Source of the DNA: Eledone cirrhosa
Lineage: Eukaryota
Direction of reading: 5' to 3'
Length of the DNA: 64,000 bases
Assembly: GCA_964016885.1 (NCBI GenBank)
Contig: OZ024763.1
Span: forward strand, 8,122,001 to 8,186,000
Under the pieces are notes generated by a model, which was given only the letters and a program-made list of their open reading frames with translations, had not been told where the DNA came from and did not search any database. Below are positions 1-11,017 of this stretch, in pieces. The translations under genes were made by a program, and so were the position numbers. Within the stretch, counting starts at the first letter, position 1. The number at the start of each line of letters is the position of its first letter.

Positions 1-205
1 CGTGTCTGTGGAATGCTCAGCCACTCGCAGACTGTTCCGTTTATCGGATCAACTGGAACACTCGTCGTCGTAACCGACGGAGTACCTGCCATGTCATATA
101 GTCGTACTGCAGTTATTACGAGGCAGTAAGTACAGCGATATGCTTATAACTGTATATATATATATATATATACACATATATATATACATACATACATACA
201 CACAC

Positions 206-237
<32 letters not shown>

Positions 238-1011
238 ACAGTATTCGACAGTTCACATACCCAGTCGATTTAGATCATATACACACACACACAGATACAC
301 AGACACATATATACTTAGTTAATATAGATCATATAGTGAGAGAGAGACACACACATATATATATATATACGCAATTAGATGTATAAAAGTGCCCCATATA
401 ATAAATGTACAGTAAACATTCATACACCCAGTAAATATATATATATATCCAGTTAATATTTCGTAAGGATATATATAAATTGCCATTAAATATATAGAGC
501 ACCAGCTTTGTCACATCAATGTGTGTGTGTGTGCGTGTGCGTGTGCGTGTGCGTGTGTGTGAATGAAGGGTGTATATTTCAGTTTCCGTAGATCAGGTAT
601 ATAATAATAAATAATAATAATAATAAAATTACTGTGTACACTGCTCAGGTGCACTATATACTGTTAATAATTCAAGGTATCGTTAGGATATATATAAATT
701 CCCATCAAATATATAGAGCACCGTTAGGTTTGTCACACACACACACGTGTGTATATGAATGGCTGTATGGATGGATGGAAGGATGTATATTTCAATATTT
801 ACTGATGTATATTTCAGTTTCCGTAGGTTAGATATATATATATATATAGTTTAATACCTACCAAGTAAAAGCATATATAAATATATATACATAGTTAATA
901 TACGACCCTCCCCAAGTATAACATATATATAAAGACACAGAGGCGAAAACCAACCAAACAGTGAGTGTGTTCTGGCAATATTATTACACAAATATGACCC
1001 TTCCCAAGTAT

Positions 1012-1050
<39 letters not shown>

Positions 1051-1336
1051 AAAATGTTCAAGACCCCGACGGCAGAGCTCAAGCCGTTTCGACGGCTATT
1101 CTGGACTAGAAATAGTCAGGGTTTTAACTCTTTTCCTATTACCCACTCTACTACTCCAAGTATTGAGTACTCTGGTGCGTTATGGTCCACCTGGTTCCTT
1201 ACCACACTTCCTTCGTTATATATATGTGTGTGTGTGCCCCGGGTTCAATCAGAGGTACCACAGTAAGGTACTCAATACATTAGTAGAGTGTAAACACCAT
1301 GTTTAATTTAGAACAAAAGAAATCATCAGGAAAGCC

Positions 1337-1386
1337 GCTTCCTGATGATTTCTTTCGGATGAAACAAGTTCTAGTCCTGTAGAAGC
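1337..1386 (+). ncRNA. Type I hammerhead ribozyme-like motif (family A, copy 1)
   Basis: GCTTC-CTGATGA-T[TTC tttc GGA]T-GAAA-CA...TG-TA^-GAAGC. Stem I GCTTC/GAAGC, intact CUGAUGA and GAAA, GUA triplet. Confidence 0.65.
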
Positions 1387-1663
1387 CATTTCTATATTAA
1401 ATCTGATATATATATATATATAGTGTTCCCAAAAAATGTATACACACTTCAGCATTCTAATAAATATTGCCTGTACAGGTGATCAAAGTGTGTAAACATT
1501 TTTAGGGACACCCTGTATATCTATCTATATATATACCCAAATAAAGAAAGATATATATATATATACACACACACACAATATATATATATATATATATATA
1601 GTTAGTTTATACATATATAATACATAGCTAATTAATATATATATAAATATATATATATATATA

Positions 1664-1763
1664 CAGCGTGTTCCCAAAAAATGTATACATACTTAAACAG
1701 CATTCTAATAAATATTGCCTGTACAGGTGATCAAAGTGTATACACAATTTTTGGGACACCCTG
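1664..1763. mobile_element. Tc1/mariner-type MITE (about 100 bp)
   Basis: TA|CAG(G/C)GTGTTCCCAAAAAATGTATAC ... TTTTGGGACACCCTG. Further copies near 1420-1517, 26412-26511, 26812-26908, 28590-28687, 30315-30408 and 32607-32680. Confidence 0.75.
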
Positions 1764-1903
1764 TGTATATACACACACATATATATATATATATATAAAT
1801 ACGTAGCTAGCTAATTTTTATATATATATGTAGATCGTTAATATATAGATATATATACACACACATATATACACATATATATATATATACATATTACGTA
1901 CCT

Positions 1904-1953
<50 letters not shown>

Positions 1954-2397
1954 TATATGTGTGTGTGTGTGCGATGAACAAAGAGGGAAAGAGGAGTCTG
2001 CTGTCCTCGTGTAAAATATTTCTATAATTCAGTAAAGACAGATTCTTTATAAAGTAGTAAATACATTTCTAGCGGTGGATAATATAACGATGCTGGTGGT
2101 TGAAGAATGGACTTTAGAGAGCAAAATATTAGACAATCGTAGATAAAAATATATAAAAGGCGGTATAAAGATGAGGTCTTACCTTAGATAATAATCTGGG
2201 GTATCAGAAATGTCGGGTATCTGGTTAAATATTGAGATTTTATAAAGAAACAGAGATAAAGGAGAGCAATTAAGAGGCTGTGAACAATGGCGCTGACTAA
2301 TGCTTCTGAAGAGATGTATGCTGGCTTCTGATTGGTTGAGCGAAACTATAACAGCGAATTTCATTGATCCGTTCCATTGATCTTGTACATTTCAATA

Positions 2398-3155
2398 GAA
2401 GGGAGGGTACTTTCGGTTTTAAGACGAAACTATCACTGCTGCTAGAATCATTTAATTTTTTATTGTGGATTTGGATCCTACTATGAGTGAAGGTAGGCTA
2501 GGTTTCTGATCAATGCGCTCTCGTCGTGACCTTCCAGAATTGATAACAAGAAACTAAGTAGAAGGGGGGGGGGGGGTACTTTCGGTTTTAAGACAAAACC
2601 ATCACCACTGCTATCATTTTTTCGTTTTTTTATTGTGGTTTTGGTCCTACCATAGGTGGAGTCGGTTTCTGATCAAAGCGCTCCAGTCGTGACAATCCCG
2701 TCTTTTCAGAATCGATAACACAGACAGCGATACCGAGCAGTAATAGCAGCAATATGGTTTCGTCCATCACTGCTGCTATTATTTTTTTTTTTTTTTCTCG
2801 TTGTTTTTGTCCTCCTGCTAATCGTGATGGATGGGGTTCGGTTTCTGATCAATGCGCTCCAGTCGTGACCTTCCAGAATCGATAACACGAGACCGCGATA
2901 CTGAGTTGAAGGGAGAGTACTTTCAGTTTTAAGACGAAACCATCACCTCTGCTAATCCTCTTTAAATTTTTTTTTTTTTGTGAGTTTTGCGCTCCAGTCG
3001 TGACCATCCAATCTTACCAGAATCGATGACATGAGACTGCAATACCAAGTTGAAGGGAGGGTACTTTCAGTGTTAAGACCAACCCCATCACTGCTTGCTA
3101 TCATTTAAAAAAAAAATTGTTGTGGTTTTTGGTCCTCCCATTAATCGTGATGGGT
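2398..3155. repeat. Degenerate tandem repeat, about 150-180 bp, 4-5 copies
   Basis: Recurring GAAGGGAGGGTACTTTC.GTTTTAAGACGAAAC and GCGCTCCAGTCGTGACC blocks. Confidence 0.7.
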
Positions 3156-3170
3156 GGTATATATATATAT

Positions 3171-3353
3171 ATAGGAAAATGTTTAACCCCGACGGCAGAG
3201 CTCAAGCCGTTTCGACGGCTATTTCTGGACTGTTTCTGGCATCCAGAAATAGCCGTCGGGGTTAAACATTTTCCTATTACCCACTCTACTACCGTAAGTA
3301 TTGAGTACTCTGATGCGTTATGGTCCACCTGGTTCCTTACCGCACCTCCTTCG

Positions 3354-3358
<5 letters not shown>
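3171..3358. repeat. Fold-back repeat family B in (TA)n tracts
   Basis: AGGAAAATGTTTAACCCCGACGGC...GCCGTCGGGGTTAAACATTTTCCT plus a shared tail. Copies at 1047-1220, 41185-41315, 57640-57845 and 62841-62950. Confidence 0.75.
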
Positions 3359-3392
<34 letters not shown>

Positions 3393-3547
3393 TGAGTGAG
3401 TGTGAAAGACCAAAGGTCTTTATTGAAAGTCGATCTTAAGTAGGAGCAATAACATTAAGAAAGACATGAACGACTCCACAACACTTACTTTTAAACATTT
3501 TGAAAGTAGGTTTATAAGTATGAATTTCCATAAGGTTTTCGTAGTTG

Positions 3548-3620
3548 TCTCTGTAGCCTAGTGGTAAGTATGAGAGATAGTGGAGATCCTGGCCTTGGGT
3601 TCAATCCTGGTCAAGGGGTA
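3548..3620 (+). pseudogene. Degenerate tRNA-like sequence or SINE head
   Basis: A-box-like TAGCCTAGTGG, B-box-like GGTTCAATCC, T-run shortly downstream. No clean cloverleaf. Confidence 0.4.
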
Positions 3621-3723
3621 CATGTAACCTTTTTTTTCAGTTTTTATTTTACAACACAGAAAAAAACTGGAATCCTACTTCATACCAGGATCACCACTGT
3701 CTATGGTTACTCCATATATATAT

Positions 3724-4047
3724 ATCATCATTTTACGTCTGCTTTTCCCTGCTTGCAAGGGTGGGATGGGAACTGATGCTGGCTTGATTTCTACAGCTGG
3801 ATGCCCTTCCTAACACCAACCTCATTTACAGTGAGTGCTGGGTGCTTTTTTGCCATGGCACCTTCACGACCACTTTGCAGTGGAATGATAGGGACCCCAG
3901 TCCCTATCATCTCATTTCTACAGCTGAGTAAACTGGAGCAATGTGAAATAAAGTGTCTTGCTCAAGGAAACAACACATCACCCGGTCTGAGAATTGAACT
4001 CACAACCTTTCGATAGCAAGCCCAATGCTCTAACCACTAAGCCATGT
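3724..4047 (-). mobile_element. tRNA/CORE-like SINE copy
   Basis: Reverse complement of the 46756-47095 element. Confidence 0.8.
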
Positions 4048-4317
4048 ATAGATGTTTACAATTGATTCAGAGCACTCGACAAGTTTCTGGAGTAAGTATT
4101 CAATGATATTAAATAAATGGAAACTATATTTATAAAACCATATTTATTCTATTATATGTATTTCAAGGGTAAAACATATATATAATATACAGTATATATA
4201 TATATAACTTGTGGTTACTAGCGGCGACGCTGCTCTGAGCACTCGATGCCGTTATGGGGTCGGTCTCCTGTTGGGTTGTACTCCAAGTTTAAGATGGGAC
4301 CACCCATGTAAACTCGC

Positions 4318-4402
4318 ATGTCTGAAGAAGTATCGATTAAAGAGTCAGGATCCGATCGCCAGATCAAATCCGAGCTGATCGATATCGAAACAGTTGTAAT
4401 AT
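4318..4402 (+). ncRNA. Minimal hammerhead-like motif followed by AATAAA
   Basis: ATGT-CTGAAGA-AG[TATCGATTA...TGATCGATA]TC-GAAAC-AGTT-GTA^ATAT, with AATAAA at 4405-4410. Confidence 0.42.
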
Positions 4403-6860
4403 TCAATAAACTTTCATAACAAGCTGTAAATCTAACTTCCTATTCTCTCTCTCTCTCCAATACCCTTTCTATATCAATTAGGACATCGATTGTTAAATTT
4501 AATTTGTTATGTTTTTTACACGTCTTTTTAAATGTATGTAAACTCCCCCCTTTGTATTTGTCCCAATCTATATCAATTAGTACCAAACTCTCCCCCCCCC
4601 CTCTCTAGATCTACTACACAGAATCTTACTGCAAAAAAAAAAAAAAAAAAAAAAAAATTTCGATAAATTACCTATTTCCGGGCCCAAGTAAGGGGCCTTA
4701 TTTATCTTAAATCAGGCACTGTATACAGTTTATTTAAAAACTGGCTAGCCCCACTAATTGTATGTAGTAAACGATAGTGATATTGTTATATTTGGGGAGG
4801 GTCAAGTTGTCCTAACATTGCCAGAAAAATCTAGTAAAACTCATTCACTCTTTGTTTGGTTTTAGCTTCAATATATTTTTATAATAATGAAATTATTGTA
4901 TAGTGCTCAGGTGCACTACAACTCATCAAAGGTGCATGTATAGTACATAGAATAATGTACAAATGTCAGGAAAGTGAAGAGTGTTGAGTCATGATATACA
5001 TGTGTGCGTGTGTGTATGAAGAGGGAGGGGTATTAGGTATAGTGTTGGCGAATCTCAGGAAGCATGGATGTTTTAAAGGATGCAATGATTTAGCTGTCAA
5101 TGTTTATCATTGATTGACAAATAATTAAATTATGCTCCAAAGCTCAACTTAACACTGAGAAATTAGTTATATTGATAAACCCCCTCCAAATTCTTGATTA
5201 TTTTCAAAATAATAGGCAGTACCTTTCATTAGAATTCCAACAGGAGAGAGAGAGAAAATAGAAAAATGAAATAGAAATTTTAAAAATATTTTGTCGTGAA
5301 GTGATTTTTGAAGGGAGGTAACTCATGTTTGATTTAATTAACTGCTACTGATTTAAGCACAAGGCCAGCAATTTTGGGATGAAGAAGGGTAAAATCGATG
5401 TTACTGGCACTTTATTTTATCGAGCCCGTAAAGATGAAAGGCAAAGTTGACTTCCGTGGGATTTGAACTCAGAACGTAAAGGGATGTAACTCTGTGCCAC
5501 AGAGTATGTTGACTGACGCTCTACCGCTAAATAATGTGTGTATATAAATATATATACACACACACACACATATAATCAATCATGCAGCCAAATGGTTTGT
5601 GAATCAAACCTCTCAACCAATCGGCTATACTGCATTCAACACGAAAACCATACGTACCAGTAATATACTGTCTTCGCTCCTCTCTTCCATACAAACCAGT
5701 GTCCACAAGTCAAAATTGAGACATAATACCATTCTCTTGGTCAGTGCTGGATTTAGAACAAACGAGGTTCTGTCATAATTAAGTTATGATGCCCGAAACA
5801 TTTAAAAAACTCATCGTAAACATTTTTGTTGGCAGGAAAATGTTCACCCCCCGACACAATGGTAAATGTGACGCTGCTCTTCGTGGATATAAACACTGGA
5901 CCTGCAGCCATGTAAATAACGGTGGTGGGTGGGGTAAATACTGAAATACCGTGAGATTTAAGTAAATTATATTTTACAGTCTGTGGCCTCCAAGATGTTG
6001 AGGGTGAGCTGAGCTGACAATGAAATATTTGTCATCGTTTGGTGACTCCTTTTACAAAGATAACAAGTGATGTTCTATCTCCTTAGTAATTCCGTAAATG
6101 TCTTGGGTTGGCGCAAACATTTCTAGAGACGGCAACACCAGCATTCCGTATGGTAGTGTGTAATCAGGGCCTGATTTAATGGGGGTAAGTTGCCTCGGGA
6201 CCCCTGCAGTGGGGGCCGTAGAAATTTATTTGTGCCCTCAGCTGGGCTTTTTAGTTTTAGGATGGTTACAATTTTTTAGTTTAACACCTGCATGTCTACC
6301 TTTTCAACTCCAATTACTTGCACCAAACTAACTTTGATATGTAAAATTGGGGTCTTCAGAGGTTGCTGTGCATTCTGTTTCAACATAAAAAACTTTGCAA
6401 AACAAATATAACAACAAAGTTTGAATATATATATATGTTTTTAATGACTATTTACAAATATATTTACAACTGGTTACACACCGTTTTTTCATGGCACAAT
6501 GAGTATCAACAGATGACGTCCCTGAGAAGTGAATGATATCGCCAAGATGGTAACACACAGTCAGACCAAACCACACACACACTCACAAACAACATGACTT
6601 GTCAGTGCAGCACACAAACACATCCAAATAAACGTTCAAATCTAGGGGGTTCCATAGACTTCACTGAAACCCTACACATTTTTTTTTGTCCTTTTCTATT
6701 AAAAATAATAAAAGGAGAGGGGCAGGGCATAGGTGGAAGAAATTATTTAAAATAATAATTAACAGGGATAAGGGTCCATGGAGCAACCTTGGAGGAATCC
6801 AGCAAGGTAGCTAGGCAGAGTGTCTGTGGGGTGGTGTAGTAATGTTGTCAGTGGACCATA

Positions 6861-6990
6861 ACATATTGAGTGGGCCACCACCATACCAGACACAGTATAT
6901 ACCAACATATTGAGTGGGTCACCACCATACCAGACACAGTATATACCAACATATTGAGTGGGTCACCACCATACCAGATATAGTATATAA
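6861..6990. repeat. 44-bp tandem repeat x3 in the presumptive cyclin L 3' UTR
   Basis: ACATATTGAGTGGGTCACCACCATACCAGACACAGTATATACCA near 6861, 6905 and 6949. Confidence 0.85.
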
Positions 6991-7458
6991 AGTCACAACT
7001 CCTCCCATTTGCATTCATAATATTCTTATTTGATTATTTGATATTTCAAGTCCTGAACAAGACTAGATATGTCAGATGCAGTTCCTTGCACCGTTTGTCG
7101 TTTTAAAATCAGTTAGGGAGGGGACGGACTGGTGCCCGCGCCCAATTATGGAGTCTCTACGACTGATGGGAGCTAGGGAGGAGGAGGAAGCTATCCTCAA
7201 ACCAAACACCTGGCCCAAATACTTAACACAACAGCATGGACCATGCTAAAGGCACCCCGAGGTGCCAGGAAGTTGTCTTCAACCGGGCAAGTATATAATA
7301 CAATCTGTGGGTTTCACCTGCTCTGATCATGTCAACTATGTGATGGCAAGCAAGGAGGGAGATATGAGGGGTGGGGGTAGGTTGAGGATGGGGTGGGGTG
7401 TATATATAGCTTGGTGTACAAAAAAATCACATTCTGCTTTGACAAGCCAAGTGGAGAT

Positions 7459-7804
7459 TTACCGCTTGTACTTGTCATACCTCTCGTAGGAAGGGCTTCG
7501 GTGGTTTCTATGTTTCTTGTACTGCTTGTTGTCGGGGCTGTGATTATAATGATACTGGTCCCTCTCTCGATAGTATTTCTTGTGACCAGGACGTCGGTGT
7601 TCCGGCGACTGACTAAACGACCGACTGCGGCTTCTCGAGTGTGACCGCCGCTTGTTACGCTTGTGTGTGTGCTTCTCTTTCTGGACGTAGCAACGCTCAG
7701 GAGAGTACTTGTCCTTGCTACGATATTTACGTGGTGGGGTTCGATATCTTTTGTTCTTATTAGCGGGAGATCGACTGTGGCTGTGGCTGAATGACCTCTC
7801 AGAT
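7459..7804 (-). CDS. CCNL1: Cyclin L last coding exon (RS domain)
   Basis: tatttccag|A SERSFSHSHSRSP...RRSHSRSRSRSFSQSPEHRR...YDKYKR*. Arg/Ser-rich C-terminus characteristic of cyclin L. Confidence 0.92.
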
Positions 7805-8019
7805 CTGGAAATAAACATATATATAAAATAAAGGAAACAAGCACAATTTAAAATATTTTGGTTGTAAATTCAAATTTAACCCTTTAGCATTTACAGTACT
7901 CCATATTTACTATTTTGTTTTTGTGGTGATGGCTTTACCTCAAATTATGTTCTAAACACCCCAGAGAAAGTTAGTTTCTTTTACTAGAAATATGTAATGA
8001 ATGAGTTAACTGAACTTAA

Positions 8020-8793
8020 CCCTTTAGCATTTAAACTGGACATGTCCAGCCAGAATCCACTCACCTCTTACCGACTGTAACTGGCCATTCATACTTATAT
8101 TAAAGGTATTGTACTTAAAATAAATAATATTAAAATCTCAGATTCAATATTATGTGAGGTAAAGCCTTTACTGTGAAAATACAATAGTATATATAGAGTA
8201 ATGTAAATGTTATGTGTGATATTATGTAAGATAAAGCCTTTACTGTGAAAATACAATAGTATATATAGAGTAATGTAAATGTTATGTGAGATATTATGCA
8301 AGATAAAGCCTTTACTGTGAAAATACAATAGTATATATAGAGTAATGTAAATGGTATGTGAGATATTATGCAAGATAAAGCCTTTACTGTGAAAATACAA
8401 TAGTATATATAGAGTAATGTAAATGGTATGTGAGATATTATGCAAGATAAAGCCTTTACTGTGAAAATACAATAGTATATATAGAGTAATGTAAATGGTA
8501 TGTGAGATATTATGCAAGATAAAGCCTTTACTGTGAAAATACAATAGTATATATAGAGTAATGTAAATGTTATGTGAGATATTATGCAAGATAAAGCCTT
8601 TACTGTGAAAATACAATAGTATATATAGAGTAATGTAAATGTTATGTGAGGTATTATGTGAGGTAAAGCCTTGACTGTGAAAATACAATAGTATATATAG
8701 AGTAATGTAAATGTTATGTGAGGTATTATGTGAGGTAAAGCCTTGACTGTGAAAATACAATAGTATATATAGAGTAATGTAAATGGTAAAGGG
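8020..8793. mobile_element. piggyBac-like MITE with internal 72-bp tandem array
   Basis: TTAA|CCCTTTAGCATTTA ... TAAATGGTAAAGGG|TTAA. About 9 internal 72-bp units. Shorter relatives near 9597-9835, 11720-11850, 14200-14322, 20268-20474 and 21028-21226. Confidence 0.8.
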
Positions 8794-8828
8794 TTAAACA
8801 ACAACAACAGCAGCAACAAACAACTCAC

Positions 8829-8924
8829 CTTGATCTACTCTTAGAGTTGGAGTCTGACAGACTTTTGTCACTTCGAGAAAGACTCCGCCTCCTCTTGTTG
8901 ATATGATTATGTGGTGCTGGGTCA
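8829..8924 (-). CDS. CCNL1: Cyclin L coding exon 10
   Basis: ttcttgcag|T DPAPHNHINKRRRSLSRSDKSLSDSNSKSRS AG|gtgag, 96 nt, start of the RS-rich region. Confidence 0.85.
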
Positions 8925-9342
8925 CTGCAAGAAAACAAAACGAGACTTTTAATGAAGTCAATATATAACCCCTTTAATACCATCCCCAACAAAACTGGTG
9001 CTGGTTCTATGAAACAAAACTACCCATTTTATAGGACCCCTATTTAAATATTGCGAAGGTGCCTGGCCTAGTGGTTAGAGTTGCTATCACAATGAAACTG
9101 CCTTTAGTTCTATGATACAAAAGACATTTTAACTCATTACCATATATTTACTATTGAATTTTCTTGGTAAAGGCATTATGTCACAGCACAAACACTTTAC
9201 AGAGTGGACTGGGTGTATTTAGAGACACCAATACTACCACTAAACTGGAGGTAGGTGTGGACATATGATAATATAGAGAAATTACTGTAATTAAGACACA
9301 CAGACAGACGACAGTAAAATCAAATACAAGTGGTCAACTTAC

Positions 9343-9436
9343 TCTGAACTATGGTCAGATGGAATACGTTCATCTTTACTCTTGGCCTTAGTTGGAGCTG
9401 AAGAGGTAACTGGACTAGAAGTCAACTTGGGGGAGG
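9343..9436 (-). CDS. CCNL1: Cyclin L coding exon 9
   Basis: ttggtttcag|(A)SPKLTSSPVTSSAPTKAKSKDERIPSDHSS GA|gtaagt, 94 nt. Phases fit both neighbours. Confidence 0.82.
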
Positions 9437-10106
9437 CTGAAACCAAAATAGAAACCTTTCTTTACTAACGTAACAGATTGTTGTTAGGGAGGATATCTAT
9501 ATTAATACTTGTGATATACAAAACGTCATTTAAGTTTTTTTTTTTTATTATTCATCTAAAAATATTCCATGGCAATTTTATGCAAGAGCTTGGGTTAACC
9601 CTTTAGCATTTAAACTGGCAACTCATACTGATGTTAAGGTATTATTCTCAAAATAAATAATATCAAAATCTCATAAATTCGATATTATGTGAGGTAAAGT
9701 GTTTAACATGAAACTACAACAGTATATATAGAGTAATATAAACGTTAAAGTGTTAACATCTCATACAGATGGTTTGAACAGAAAAAGGTAGAGAATTCTA
9801 GCCAGATATGGCCAGTTTAAATGCTAAAGGGTTAAAGTAATCCAAATACAGTATTTCACTAGGAACAGTCAAGAAAAGACAGTAGTTTCCATTTACTGAA
9901 CTTTATGTAAAAAGCTCAGCTGAACCTGAGGCTATGGTAAGACAGACTCACCCAATGTGCCAAGCAAAGGGATCGAACACAGAACCTCATAATTATTTAG
10001 ACAATACATGGGTACTACTACTACTACACTGAAGCACTAAACCATGCAGTTCCACTTATGGGACTATATGACACAATAAGAGAGGTGTAAAGTCTGAGTT
10101 ACTTAC

Positions 10107-10230
10107 CAGGACGTGAAACTGTGGAGTTTGGGGTACCATTTCCAGACTTCTGGTTCTTTGCCTTTAGTTTTGCCTCAACCTGGATACGTCTGTGTTCAGC
10201 AACTATTCTTTCTAATTCATCACAGTTAGC
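10107..10230 (-). CDS. CCNL1: Cyclin L coding exon 8
   Basis: ctcttgacag|ANCDELERIVAEHRRIQVEAKLKAKNQKSGNGTPNSTVSRP G|gtaagt, 124 nt. The EAKLKAK..NGTP motif is typical of cyclin L. Confidence 0.9.
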
Positions 10231-10556
10231 CTGTCAAGAGAGACGAGTGGAGTTAGATAAGTAGAGTGAGAGTGAGACAGATGAGAGGAGTTAGAATGAG
10301 AGGTAGACAGACTTAATGGAGTGATAAGTAAAGGTAGACAGATGAGTGGAGAGTGAGAGGTAGTCCAATGAGTTAAAGAAAATGGAAGGTAGACAAAGAG
10401 AGGAGTGAAGTGAGAATGGAAGGTAAACAAGAATAATGAAGAATGAGAGTGAGGTGGGGGAGATGAGTGGATCAGATAGTAAACCAAGTCCAGTTAATAG
10501 TTCAACCATCAACAAGACAACACAATATCATCAATACCAACAACACCACAACTCAC

Positions 10557-10661
10557 CTTCTTTCTAGCATAGAGCCTCAATATTGTCAAACTGACATCTT
10601 TTATCTGTTCTTCAGTGACATCAAACAACCAAAACCAATGAGGACTGTTTGGTAAAGGAAT
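10557..10661 (-). CDS. CCNL1: Cyclin L coding exon 7
   Basis: tatttgtag|[35 protein letters not shown]|gtgag, 105 nt. Confidence 0.93.
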
Positions 10662-10917
10662 CTACAAATAAACAACATATTTTATAAATTATATGTTAAC
10701 ACTTTTCAAACTAAACTCTCCCTGATTCTATCATCGCTAAAACTGACATTTTCAAACGTTTATATTTAACCCTTTAGTATTTAGATGTGGAGAGATGGGC
10801 TCCACTAGGTTTTCAAAAATGCCCTAGAAATGCAATCAAATTAACCCTAATGCGTCACTGGCATTTTATCGACCCAACCCCGTTAGTATCAAAGGTAATA
10901 ATAAATACAATTCTCAC

Positions 10918-11017
10918 CTGAAGTTGTCGAGCTGCGAGATAAATACAGGCACAAGCAATCGTCTCTGGATGATAACATACAAATACATTTGTTCTAAAAC
11001 TGTCGTTCATGTAATTC
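10918..11017 (-). CDS. CCNL1: Cyclin L coding exon 6
   Basis: cttccacag|[34 protein letters not shown]|gtgag, 100 nt, second cyclin fold. Confidence 0.95.

Noticed and set aside
7332-7844. 170-aa minus-strand ORF overlapping the last cyclin L exon
   Set aside because: Alternative-frame shadow of the RS-domain exon. The exon phase chain selects the frame ending at 7459.
8095-8828. 221/232-aa repetitive ORFs (also 47981-48505)
   Set aside because: Translations of the MITE-internal 72/60-bp arrays.
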